This document shows positions 27,495 to 39,811 of a DNA stretch of 64,000 nucleotides, piece by piece. The stretch's first letter is position 1. Each line of letters opens with the position of its first letter. The stretch is from NCBI RefSeq assembly GCF_006345805.1, contig NC_043013.1, forward strand, positions 16,492,001 through 16,556,000, in the 5' to 3' direction. The notes beneath the pieces were generated by a model, which was not told the DNA's origin, made no database searches, and saw only the letters and a list, made by a program, of their open reading frames with translations. Made by a program: the position numbers and the translations under genes. This stretch comes from Octopus sinensis. Its lineage: Eukaryota.

Positions 27495-27787
27495 CATTCC
27501 TAGACGCATGTGATCGCAACATTCCTGGGCGTATGTGATCGCAACATTCCTGGGCGTATGTGATTGCAACATTCCTGGACGTATGTGATTGCAACATTCC
27601 TGGACGTATGTGATCGCAACATTCCTGGACGTATGTGATTGCAACATTCCTGGGCGTATGTGATCGCAACATTCCTGGGTGTATGTGATTGCAACATTCC
27701 TGGACGTATGTGATTGTAACATTCCTAGACGTATGAGATCACAACATTCCTGAACGTATGTGATTGCAACATTCTACCTGAATGTGA
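27495..27787 (+). repeat. 25-bp minisatellite, about 11 copies
   Basis: Unit gtatgtgat(t/c)gcaacattcctgg(a/g)c repeated head to tail with no spacers. Confidence 0.9.
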
Positions 27788-28014
27788 CACTTATCCATCG
27801 CAGCGTTACTCATTTACTGGGTGAACTGGAGCGAGGTGAAATAAAGTTTTTGTTGAAGAACGCAGCACACCACCCGTTCCGGGAGTCGAAACCACGACTT
27901 GATGATCGTAAATGTAAGCCTCCCCCATTAACTACTATGTTATTTCAGTTCCTCCACTATAAACGCACTTAATTTTCCAACCTGAATTTCTAACATTATT
28001 TAAATTATTTACAT

Positions 28015-28148
28015 TATTTACATTTGACGGATATTTTTCCTCATCTTGTTTGTTGTTAACACAACATTTCGGCTGATATACCCTCCAGCCTTCGTCAGGT
28101 GTCTTGGGGAAATTTCGAACCTGGGTTCTCATTCCTAAGGTATTTTTC

Positions 28149-28209
<61 letters not shown>

Positions 28210-28327
28210 CTACGCCATATACCCGTGGGCATATGATGTAGTGGTTAAGAGCGCGGCTACTAACCCCAAGATTCCGAGTTCGATTCCAGGCAGTAACCTG
28301 AATAATAATAATAATAATAATAGTAAT

Positions 28328-28399
<72 letters not shown>

Positions 28400-28540
28400 G
28401 AAAAATACCTTAGGGATGAGAACCCAGGTTCGAAATTTCCCCAAGACACCTGATGAAGGCTGGAGGGAATATCAGCCGAAAAATTGTGTTAACAACAAAC
28501 AAGATGTGGACAAATATCCGTCAAATGTAAATAATGTACA
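28015..28540. mobile_element. Foldback element with hammerhead-bearing arms around a tRNA-like core
   Basis: 28015-28205 is the reverse complement of ~28330-28540; hammerhead motifs at 28059-28102 (-) and 28446-28489 (+); tRNA-like segment 28228-28300 in the loop. Confidence 0.7.
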
Positions 28541-29007
28541 TAATTCCTCATCTCTTAAATATAGAACTGAATTTCTAACTTACAATCTCATTAATATCCG
28601 CTAGCACTGGTGTATTAGGACATCTGCTGTGTGTGTTTTATTACTCCTTCAGTTAGAGTTACCATCTAATCCCAACTCCATAACTAACGTCAAAATTGTA
28701 TTTTATACACGTGAGCACAAATGTCCTACTCCTCTATTTGCCGGCGCCACAAGGACTTTCAAATAATTCATGTCTTCTAACCGTCTAAGTTTTCTGAGAA
28801 GCAAATTCACACCCACGAAGCAGCTCCGCCCCTATATCTCCGAACACTTGTAAAGTTAAGCGAGTCAATTTTTTTCCACCCTGACTAAAAACCTGTTATC
28901 TTCAATTTGTATTTAAAACTTAATTTTTCTTTCAAACTTTTATAATCGAAAGAATACCACCACTAATCTAATCTGTTTGTTAATCTTATTCACTCAGCAC
29001 AACCGGG

Positions 29008-29360
29008 CAAATTCCGCCGAGGTCGACTTTGCCTTTCATCCTTTTGGGGTCGATAAATTAAGTACCAGTTACGCACTGAAGTCGATGTAATCGACTTAAT
29101 CTCTTTGTCTGTCCTTGTTTATCCCCTCTGTGTTTAGCCCCTTGGGGGTAGTAAAAAAATAGGAAATAGGTATTTCGTCTGCCGTTACGTTCTGAGTTCA
29201 AATTCCACCGAGGTCGACTTTGCCTTTCATCCTTTTAGGGTCGATAAATTAAGTACCAGTTACGCACTGAAGTCGATGTAATCGACTTAATCTCTTTGTC
29301 TGTCCTTGTTTATCCCCTCTGTGTTTAGCCCCTTGTGGTTAGTAAAGAAATAGGTATTTG
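29008..29360 (+). mobile_element. SINE family B, tandem dimer
   Basis: Two ~180-bp units of aaattccgccgaggtcgactttgcctttcatcc... Confidence 0.8.
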
Positions 29361-31561
29361 CTCGTATAAGAGGAGGTACTATACACTATTCCTATGAAGT
29401 GTATAAGTGTGTATGTTGGTGCCATTATCAATGTTCTTAGAGTAACTTTTCTGTCATTTCGAAATCAGCCGTGCGTGAAATTCCAACATATTAAACCAGT
29501 TTCCTTACAATGTATCTAAATACTTCTGTTGCAACTAATAGTTTGTACTTAACAAACTAGCCCTCTTCTTTCGATTGCTAATCTTTTTTTTCTTTTTACC
29601 TTTTTTTCGCCATATTTTCCATTCTCCTTGTTTATTTACGAATATACTTATTTTCAGTTTGTTTAATAAAAAAAAAACTACGGGATGTTTAACTTTTTTT
29701 ATTTCTAATTTGGAAGTAAAACATTTTTGAAATGCAAAGTGATGAAATTGTTTTTTCTTATTTTACTTTTTATTTTAATATTTTATTATCTTTTAAATAT
29801 ATTGCATTTTTAATTACATTATTTCTCTGAATCCGTATTTATCTACGGTCATTGCTTCCTTAAAGCAATCCACACATATTCATCTGCAGAACACGTTAAA
29901 TGTCTATGAATATATATGGGGCTATATGCTAGTTGTAACAGAGCTGACATTTCAACCCGCAATGGAATGCTTTGAAGAGTAGGTCAAAAGTTATAACATA
30001 ATACAATTATGTATATGTATATAGATACATATATATAGTAAGATGAGGATCCAGGTAAAATCGGATACTTGAAAAGGTATGCCACCAGGTAGGACTGGGT
30101 AATCTCTGTGGCTCCGGCCAGTGGTTGGTGATAGTCGAATTATCAGGTAGGATATTTCGGTTGCATACAAAGAGAAAACCAGCCCAATGAGTATTTAGCG
30201 TCTAAGGAGCTGATCCAAATCACGCGGTGCATTGAATAGTATGCTGTTGGTATACACTAGGGTATCCGACAAGTCGTGAATTCTCTTGGTGTATTATAAA
30301 TCAAATGACTAATAACACACGATGGATAATTGTCAGCCCATTGCAGTTGTTTCTTGCGTATCTTTTTAATAGAAGAATGAGAACATTACTGCATTGTAGA
30401 AGATAAGAAATAATTTTACAAAACAAAAGAATATCCCAAGAATACAGCAGGGAGGTGGCTAGAGTCTGTCGAGGCCAACTACGAAATGAGAGAATGGCCA
30501 ACTATATTGGCCTTTTAGGTTAAGAATATAGTTCATGAAAGTGTATAATATGATATTTAAGGTCAGTGACTCGGGCGGAGGAGTGTGTTAGACTACATCA
30601 TAGGTAGAATGGAGGGGAGTGTAGGAGATGATTTATTATAGTAGACTTAGAACGGTGGGAAGTAAAGAGAGGTCATAAAATAATTAAGGATAAGGAAAAA
30701 AGAAATGATAAATAAATCAAACGTAAGAGATAAGGAAATTTTTTTTTAAAAATAAAACTAAAAGCATGCAAGCCAATCAAGTATAGGTCGGGGTAAAGGA
30801 ATCTCTAGCTAATGGTAAATGACCAGGGGTACACAGAAACTTGGGGGTATTCAGTGGATATTGGTTGAAAGCAGGGTTGGGTACGAAGGCCATCAAATAA
30901 AAGATTTAACTTTTATGGAATTGAAGTTATAGTAGAGTGCTGCCTGTCAATAAGGAGTCTAAAGAATTTTTTAAAGGGTGGGGTTATACAATGAACTACA
31001 CCTAGTACGGAATGAAAGGAAGTAGCAGATCGGATATGCCGCGAAGCCGGTAGTAGGGAGTAGTCTAATAATTAACAATTTGGAATATTAAACGGGTGGC
31101 GATGATACCAAGATTGGATCGTGTGTTCTATCTACTGTATAACAAGCGTTGCTCAGAAAACTGTGTTGGTGTAAGGAGTGCATCCTTAGTAGAGATAACA
31201 AAAAAACCGGCTGGGGCGTGCAGGCTGCCACTAGCGGTTAAGTTTCATTGTCATCGCCATTGCATAATACCAGGTACAGCACAGATAGAATGATTACCCC
31301 CTTCAATATAGCATACCATGCAAGTATAGTAAGAGCGGTTAAAAGGTATTGGTAAAGGGAAAACGAGACTAGGATGACTCAGAAACGAATGGGTAGATCG
31401 ACAGGCCTCTTACCGCGACTATTGTCCACAGAGACTACTCAATCCTACCTGGTGCATACCTTTTCAAGTACCTGATTTTACCTGATTCCTCATCTTACTA
31501 TTTATCTGATACGTCTCACAACCAATATAAGGACGCTTACTGTACTTGAATTTTCAACGAA

Positions 31562-32989
31562 ATGAGTAAGATCTTAGTAAATTTTCCAATTAAGGATATC
31601 TCCATCCACAGCCAGACTTGTACATGGGCCTGCTAATACATAGAACCAATGAGCTTGTGCGTAGAATAAGACGGAAGACATGCCATAAGGAACTTAAGCA
31701 TAAAGCAAAAGCTATTAGCTACGACAGCAAATTGAATACGACATTCGCTAGCAGAAAAAAATCACTACCCAATCCACTGCTAGAAGGATTCGAAAATGAT
31801 ATCTTCAAGATGATCTATAATGTCAAATGTAGGAACCACCACTTTAAAAATGGCCCATACCAAAAAACTCAGGGAATTTATCAAAAGCCTAAAATTCGAA
31901 CCTAGATTGATTGTACCGTCAGACAAAACTGGAAACTTATACAGGATCGACTATAACACATAGAGATCCCTCATACTCAAGGAGCTAAAGGCTAAGTACA
32001 AAGTTACGAACGACAGAACCCTAAAAACAATTAACTCGAAGGTGAAGAAAATCATGGATCGCCTTAATCTATCTGATAGAACTGGACCCATCACACTCTG
32101 CGAACCTCAAATTACTCTGATAGACCTCGAAGAATGCTTCCACGATAAACCTTCTGTTAGACACACTTGCCCTACTAGATCGGATACCGGCCGGCTTAGT
32201 AAGTCTATCGTAGATAAGATCATACCTAAACTTACTCCTAAAATTAAACTTAATTTATGGACTAGCATCAAGGATGTATTAACCTGGTTTACGTCATTAC
32301 AGAATAGAAATTAGTATTCGTTCCTTCAATTTGATACTAATGCATACTATTCAAGTATATCCCTCATGCTCCTAAATAAAATTCTAAATTTTGCTTGAAG
32401 TGTCACACCCATTACTAAAGATAAGATTGAAATTATTTTATTAGCTACAACTATAATCGAATTTGAAGATAAACTGTGGACGAGAAGCAACACCCCTGAC
32501 AATTGTGATATAGCCATAGGGTCGAGTGATTCGGCACAGGTTACCGACATTGTACGAATTTGCCTTTTATATTGCCCGGCTAACGAGTTCCCGGATCTTC
32601 GTGGTGGTCTATATAGGGACGATGCTTTCTTTGTCATACCCACAAATAGCAAATATCTACTTGAAAGAACTCGCAAAAATTTAGGAAATTATTCCGTAAC
32701 TTTAGCTTCGAATTAATTTTTGAACTAGGGACTAAATTTGTTAACTTCTTTGACGTCTCGTTAAACCTAAAATCAGGACTTTACTATCGCTACAGAAACC
32801 AGATGAAGCCACTAGATATGTGAGCAAATTCTTCAATCACCCACCCCGCTCTGTTATTAAATCTTTAGCTAAAGGAGTTTCACGTAGAATTACACAACTT
32901 TCGGAGAATGAAGATATTTTCAATACGTACTCTCACTTCTACAATTCATATCTTTCTAACGTAAGATATGAACAGGAAATAACATATGA

Positions 32990-32990
<1 letters not shown>
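31562..32990 (+). mobile_element. Penelope-like element reverse transcriptase pseudogene
   Basis: Motifs in order across frames: VPSDKTGNLY, DKPSVRHTCPTRSDTGRLSK, FLQFD..YYSSI, DIAIGSSDSAQV, GLYRDD, VNFFDVSLNL, YVSKFFNHPP; multiple stops; truncated at (CAA)/(TAA)n. Confidence 0.85.
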
Positions 32991-33034
<44 letters not shown>

Positions 33035-33057
33035 AAACAATAATAATAATAATGATG

Positions 33058-33110
<53 letters not shown>

Positions 33111-33449
33111 TGCTCAATGCCACAGATTTGCTTATCAATTGTTTGACCTTAACCAGTTGAGCATGTCCCTTAGTGGCTGACGACATGTGCATCTCTGATC
33201 ACGATCAGAAGTAGTGGGGGAGCATCATAGCTGTGCTTTGAAAGGAATTCTTAGAGGTTTGGATAATTCGCCTTTGGAAACATGGGTGGTTCGTTCAACA
33301 TCCTTAATCCTTATTCAGGGACCTTTTGAGCGGGATGGGCTACTCGACCAGAAGAAAATTCTAACTGGGCCCCACCTGCAAGGTCATGTGCTGTTTATCA
33401 TGATATGAGATCACCATGTCGTGCACATGTGGTTGTGATGCATGTGCTA

Positions 33450-34490
33450 GTGGAATCCGTACCACTGATACTATTGGTCGGGCAGAAGTGGCTAACGCGT
33501 ACCTCACGTCCATCATCTACTACCACTTAACTGTCATGACTTGTCCCGATGCCCGCTTGATTACCTTGAAGCGTATACTCTTCTGCATCTTGCGGAAGAG
33601 ATGCGTTCCGATGGTCAGGCGGTCTATCTGCTGCCAGCACTCACCGCTTTGTGGCCTGGGCATGTCGTGGTTGATAATGCACAGAGGTCACAACATCTTT
33701 AGTGATTCCTTTAGGGAGAACATGTGTGGTCGCCGTTCACCAGACACGTATTTCCCCAGCTGGTCTCGTTAACGGAGTTGCAGTCCTGACTCAAAGAGAA
33801 CGAGAGAAAGCATTTGGAAACCGGAATGTCTTCATGTGCTTACAGCCCTCAGCTGGTCGGATAGTCCTATAGGTAGAAAGTTTACTTTAGCTTTCTATAG
33901 AGGATTAGTGTAGGGCAAGTGCGTTCTTGGGGAGACCTTGGGCGTCGGAGCTCAGCTAGCTGTTCTGTTCCAGAGAACTTTCAATCCGGGACCGATGGAT
34001 AATTTTCAAAAATCTCTGGTATGGAAGCGCTACTGGGGAGATTTGCCTGTTCGACATAAACCATGCAGGCATGGAAGTGCCATCAGCCGAGCATGTCCGA
34101 GATGCGTGCAGGACGACGAAACCGTTCTACATGCAATGATCCAGTGCCCGAGCATTGCTGACTTGTGAGTTTATGTTGAACACTTGCATGTGGGACGGAT
34201 CCGACTGTCATCTAAATCCATTGTGAAGATCGCCCCACCGCTTTCCTTTAACAGAGAGGGACATGCTGTCTTTATATGCCTGGTGACCATAGCAAAGGAG
34301 GTTGTATGATGGACAACACTAGAGGGGCTGAAGACAGACACTTTTCTCTTTGACCAATCCCGGATAACTCCTTCGAGCTTCACTTAAAGAGGAAAATAAG
34401 TGTCGAGAGGGACGTGTTGCCTTCTAGCCAGTTTTCTGAAATGTGGATGAGAGTGGCCAGAACGGTGCGAGTGAGCACACGCACTGACCA
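33450..34490 (+). mobile_element. Degenerate L1/Tx1-group non-LTR retrotransposon 3' part
   Basis: ACPRCVQDDETVLHAMIQCP resembles the CCHC zinc motif downstream of the RT; homologous copy at 48300-48950. Confidence 0.65.
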
Positions 34491-34767
34491 TACGCCTGTA
34501 ATTGGAGACGAGAAACCGAGAAAAGGCACCTGCCCTAGAAATCAGGGCATCCATGGTTTTATGGGGTTTTTCTATGAGCAGCCTTCGAACATCTCTTCCA
34601 TATTCAGAATTATTCATTGTTAAATTTCTTGTTTTCATTATGTTAAACTTGTCTATACGCAAACTCCTCAGAACAACAACCCACACACATACACACAAAT
34701 ATTCTTTGTTTTGTCCTCTACTGCCCATAATGCTTTTTTTAATGTAAACCCTTTGTGGTCAATAAAG

Positions 34768-34769
<2 letters not shown>

Positions 34770-34824
<55 letters not shown>

Positions 34825-34982
34825 CCATCATCATCATCATTATCATCATCATCATCATCATCACCATCATCATCATCATTATCATCATCATCATCATTAT
34901 TATTATTATTATTATTATTATTGCTGTTATTATTATTATTATCATCATCGTCGTCGTAGTCGTCGCCGTTATTATTATTATT

Positions 34983-35016
<34 letters not shown>

Positions 35017-35177
35017 CCATCATCATCATCATTATCATCATCATCATCATCACCATAATCATCATTATCATCATCATCATCATCATCATCATTATTATTA
35101 TCATTATTATTATTATTGCTGTTATTATTATTATTATTATCATCATCGTCGTCGTAGTCGTCGCCGTTATTATTATT

Positions 35178-35233
<56 letters not shown>

Positions 35234-35234
35234 T

Positions 35235-35269
<35 letters not shown>

Positions 35270-35365
35270 TATTATTATTATTATTATTTTTGCTGTTATT
35301 ATTATTATCATCATCATCATCGTCATCGTCGCCGTTATTAGTATTATCATCATCATCATCATTAT
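34770..35365. repeat. Compound (TCA)/(TTA)/(TCG) microsatellite with higher-order periodicity
   Basis: Marker ttgctgttatt...gtcgccgttatt recurs three times about 180-195 bp apart. Confidence 0.9.
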
Positions 35366-35394
35366 TCATATACACTCAACAGATTAAATTGTTG

Positions 35395-35630
35395 GAAAAG
35401 AAAAGCATCCTAACATCGGGCTACAAGCAGCCTTAGCTGCCAAGAACCCTCCTAAGTATCCTAGCTGTCCTTAATAACATTGCTTTCTGGAACTGTACTA
35501 AACTGGGTTTTATGCCTATTTCCTCTATCCATCTATTCAGATCTTTAGGGACAGTTCCCAATGCACGCTACTGGGATACGTTTTACAAGCACTTTCCATA
35601 GTCTCTGTAATTCAATAGCTAGGTCTTGGT
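35395..35630 (-). mobile_element. R4/Dong-like (restriction-like endonuclease) non-LTR element 3' end
   Basis: Minus strand reads ALGTVPKDLNRWIEEIGIKPSLVQFQKAMLLRTARILRRVL, typical of the REL-domain C-terminus; embedded between (TAA)-type tracts. Confidence 0.65.
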
Positions 35631-35640
35631 GTTGTTATTA

Positions 35641-35779
<139 letters not shown>

Positions 35780-36202
35780 TATATTATTGTGATCATCATC
35801 ATCATCATCATTATCATTATTACTATTATTATTGTGGTTGCCATTTACATGTATATATACAAATGTGATATGTGTGCATAAATGTATATGTATATTTATC
35901 TATCTAATATATACATATATATTCCCGTTCGTCGGACAATATATATTAGATGTATATATGTGTATATATATTTGAAACGTTATCTTCTGGTGGCACCAGT
36001 TCATTGCCTGTTTTTGAATAGCGGTGGCTTTTCTTCCTACATTGTTAAATTCAACCCTGTTGTCTGGATAAGTTTCTAGATGTGCATATGGGGAAAATAT
36101 TTGCTTTGTAAATTGTACTTTAGTCAAGAACTTTCTCGTTCTATTTGTATTATATTGACTAATTTCCTGAAAGTCTGAGACACATCAAAAAATTTAATTT
36201 TT

Positions 36203-36511
36203 AACCCTGTGCTCGTAAGCGAAGCAAGAATATTTAGTCGTTCGTACTGGAAAATGGCTGAACGGATTTTTACTAAATTTGGCAGAAATACTCAATTGAT
36301 TAGTCAAATTTTGGTGTGATTATCTTCAAAATTGGCGGAAGAGTGAATCAAAATTTATTTTTTCTTTGTTCATATGCATAAACGATACGCAGAGGAAATA
36401 ACTCTTGATGTCACTTTATTGAAATATGAATTTGTTTGAGAATATATTTATTAAATTGAATTTTATTTTATCCTTGTGTGCGCTCAGGATATGCATCGCT
36501 GCTCTGATGCC
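36203..36511 (+). mobile_element. ~310-bp insertion in the paralog 4 upstream region
   Basis: Interrupts sequence that is contiguous upstream of paralog 3 (24380-24440); has MITE-like motif tggctgaacggatttttactaaatttggc. Confidence 0.6.
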
Positions 36512-37022
36512 CTTTTTTTTTTTTTTTTTTTTTCATTCTTCATGCGAGACTCGAAACTGTGCCGTAGAATTTTCATCAGTCTCTACTCCTTTTACTTCAT
36601 TACATCCAAAAGTCGTTTACCTCGACCAGCCGACAAGGCAATCGGCAGTATAGATGTCAATGTTATGCTTTATTTATTAGAATTTGGGGGTTGTAGATAA
36701 ACTGTGTTTAACTGAGAAGCTTTTCACTTTATTTTCATTTCGTTGATCCATTTTTCTAGTATACCAGATTTTACGAGAATTAAATTTTGTTACACGAGAC
36801 TATAAATTGTACTTTATCTTCTCAAACACGTTTACAACATTATTACCTCAAAGCTGATTTTCATTTACAATATATGTTTTGTGAAATGGTTTCTACCGTT
36901 TATTTGTATAGACAAGAAGCCATAACGACAAATTTGTGGTTAGTCCCATGCGTACACAGTTATTGTAACATGTCTACAACTAACTCTTGTCAATTACTGT
37001 TTCTCAATATTTTTACTCTATT

Positions 37023-37187
37023 AAATAATTATTATAATAATTCAATTATCATTGTAAATAATTATCATTATAATTCAATTACCATTGTAAATAATTATTA
37101 TAATGTTTCAACTAAAATTGTAAATAATTATTATTATAATTCAAATACCATTGTAAATAATTATTATAATAATTCAATTATCATTGT
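37023..37187 (+). repeat. 33-bp AT-rich tandem repeat, 5 copies
   Basis: Unit aaataattattataataattcaattaccattgt; 2 copies at 24805-24870, 1 copy at ~16749-16783. Confidence 0.85.
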
Positions 37188-37286
37188 AAGTGTATAAAGA
37201 TATAGAATTTACACTCGTTGGTATCTTCATTTCTTTCATTGTCTACATTTCAGATTTGAGACGATTTTAACTATCCAAAAGGCAAT

Positions 37287-38204
37287 ATGGAAGATATTCA
37301 AATGACAACTGATTATTACGAGTACAACGATTATTACGACTACGACGACGAAGTTTCAGTCTTCGGAAATGATGCAACTGGATGGTTGAATATATTCTTC
37401 TGTATATCGATTGTCATAGTTGTCCTGTTCAACCTATTTCTAATGGTCGCCATTTTCCTAGATCGTAACACTCACGGGAAAACACGTCCTTTGTCACTTC
37501 TAAACTATATGCTGAGTTCTGTACTCATTGCTTTAGTAATTTATTTCAAGGGCTTGCATGTCTATGAAGTTCGAGATTTGCCAAAATCTCATTACTTAAT
37601 TATCAACATATTTGCTTATGTTGCTAGCGATAGTGATAAGTATTTCCTTATCCCTCTTTTCTGTGAGTTTATCGTGAAATATTTTAAACCAAGCAAATAT
37701 GAAAATCAAATTTTCCTAATTATCCAATCTGTATTGATAGGGATTTTGTGGGTCTTTATTTGGTTAAAAAATTTGGTATTCGGTCTAGGTTTTTCCAACC
37801 TTTCTAAAAATAATTACTTTATTGAATATTCTCGTAATGTCATTATTACTCAAATTATATTGTCACTTTTGGTGTTCATTGTGATATTAGTATTTACAGG
37901 CCTGCTTATCTACATTGCCATCAAGGGTAGAGACCAAGAAATGATGAAATCACCATTGATAACTTTGCTTATTATTACTATAGTGACTGTAACTTTTTAC
38001 CTTGTAAGCTATATACTTGGTACTGGGATTTTGGGACTACTGCATGCTAAGTCATTCGGCATTCATCGTATCATAAACATTGTCGCCTTCCTGCTTTTGC
38101 CGTTTCTGTGGCTTTTCGATGCCACTATAAGGCAAAGTATTCGAACATTATGTTCAAGAAAATCTAGAGGTCATCCATCACACGAGTTAACTGAAATAAA
38201 TTAA
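37287..38204 (+). CDS. Divergent class A-like 7TM receptor, paralog 4 (305 aa)
   Basis: Intact 7TM ORF; FCEFIVKYFKPSKY, LLPFLW; both extracellular Cys replaced by Tyr; acceptor TTTCAG at ~37248-37253. Confidence 0.92.
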   Translation: MEDIQMTTDYYEYNDYYDYDDEVSVFGNDATGWLNIFFCISIVIVVLFNLFLMVAIFLDRNTHGKTRPLSLLNYMLSSVLIALVIYFKGLHVYEVRDLPKSHYLIINIFAYVASDSDKYFLIPLFCEFIVKYFKPSKYENQIFLIIQSVLIGILWVFIWLKNLVFGLGFSNLSKNNYFIEYSRNVIITQIILSLLVFIVILVFTGLLIYIAIKGRDQEMMKSPLITLLIITIVTVTFYLVSYILGTGILGLLHAKSFGIHRIINIVAFLLLPFLWLFDATIRQSIRTLCSRKSRGHPSHELTEIN

Positions 38205-39039
38205 TCATATAAAGCGACATTAAACTAACATTATATTCTTTGATATAGTAGTATAAATCTATTCAGCAATACATTATAAGGATTGTATGTATGTATGTAT
38301 GTATGTATGTATGTATGTATGTATGTATGTATGTATGTATGTATGTACGCATGTATGTTGGTATGCCTGTTTGTATGTATGTGCGTGTGTATGTGTTCAT
38401 GTGTAAGTATGTATATATATGTATGTACGCATCTGTGCTTGCATGTATATACGTAATATTACCAGTTGTAGTCACGCTCGCCATTTAAGTGTTGCCGGCT
38501 GTCTGAGTCGGCTGATTTTCTAGGCCATTCTCCATCCGTTGGATGTTGTCATAGAGACCACCGGCTCAAATTTCCGCAGTGTTAGAAGCTGTCTATTTTC
38601 TCTCTTTTCACATTCTTCGATAGGTGTGTGTGTGTGTGTGTGTACGCGCGTGTGTGCGCGCGTGTGTGTGTGCGTGTGTGTATTACATAAACGCTGGAGA
38701 GTTTAAGTAGCTTAACGGATCCTACACAACTGGACTTTTCTTAGAATGTTCTTTTCTTCTAAAGATGGGACTTTGAGCCCCAAATACATTAAGATTTATT
38801 AAACTTTCCGCAATGTTAAAAGTTGTCCATTTTCTCTCTTTTCATATTCTTCGATATCTATCTATCTATCTATTTATCTATTTATCTATCTCAATAACTA
38901 TAAGGTAGGTAAAAGCCGAAAGGTTTCCAGAGAGTTCACTTTCGTTGAATTCCCTCGGAAATTTTCAGCTTCAAACCACTATATGTTGGTACTACTGATG
39001 TACCTTTACATATAAATATATGTACGCAGTTATTTTAGG

Positions 39040-39260
39040 AGCTGTATTCTTGCGATCCTTTCTAACAATTCGCGTAAGAGTCCGACGGTCCCTATCTGAA
39101 TGTTTTGGTTTTTTTCCGGAGTTTCGTTTCGCAGAGGAGGTTTTTTCCCTTTTTCTCAAAGGCTGTCATTACTTTCGAGACAGTACTTCTTGATACACCA
39201 AACATTTCGGCCGTTTTCGTTACGCTAGCACCTGAAATACGAGCACCAACAATTTGACCA
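39040..39260 (-). mobile_element. Tc1 transposase N-terminal fragment
   Basis: GQIVGARISGASVTKTAEMFGVSRSTVSKVMTAFEK, Tc1 HTH; joined to a Helitron-like 5' end (39260-39301, minus). Confidence 0.75.
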
Positions 39261-39301
39261 CAGACAGACAGACACACATTCTCAGTTTTATATATAGAGA
39301 G

Positions 39302-39512
39302 ATTAATCAACATATTCACCTACAATTGTTTCATTTCACAAACAAAATTAAAATTACAAAACATATATAAATATACAATTTTGCATTTTAATTACCTTGT
39401 GTAATGTTGTTCTATAGAAGGTATTTAAAATGCAAAATTATATATTTATATATGTTTTGTAATTTTAATTCTTTTGTGAAATGAAACACTTGTACATGAA
39501 TATGTTAATTAA
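39302..39512. repeat. Foldback inverted repeat (~95-bp arms)
   Basis: tttcatttcacaaa...ttttgcattttaa / ttaaaatgcaaaa...tttgtgaaatgaaa. Confidence 0.8.
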
Positions 39513-39690
39513 TTTATTAATTTGTATCCATTAGATCTCCCTGTTTTCTAACTCGATAATAATATTTGATATTTGACGATATTTTATATAATATATTCAT
39601 TGAAGAAATATCTCTTCAAAATACAATATATTAAACCAGTGTATCTGGGATAAAATATCCCTAAAAGAGGTTTAAATATCCTCATTGTGA

Positions 39691-39751
<61 letters not shown>

Positions 39752-39811
39752 GAGGGAATATTATTCCAAACTTACAGGGAAAAATTCAATTTAGAAATAT
39801 TAAATCAAAAT

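Noticed and set aside
27495-27787. Regular 25-bp repeats resembling a CRISPR array
   Set aside because: No unique spacers, no cas genes, eukaryotic context; it is a minisatellite
28228-28300. tRNA gene (also 27150-27225 and 14372-14445)
   Set aside because: A/B boxes present but the acceptor stem does not close and there is no terminator; SINE-type heads
34668-35387. 235-aa Asp/Asn-rich ORF suggesting an acidic biomineralisation protein
   Set aside because: Pure trinucleotide repeat open in several frames; no signal peptide or unique sequence
36787-37197. 136-aa ORF upstream of paralog 4
   Set aside because: Produced by the 33-bp repeat; not conserved as an ORF upstream of the other paralogs
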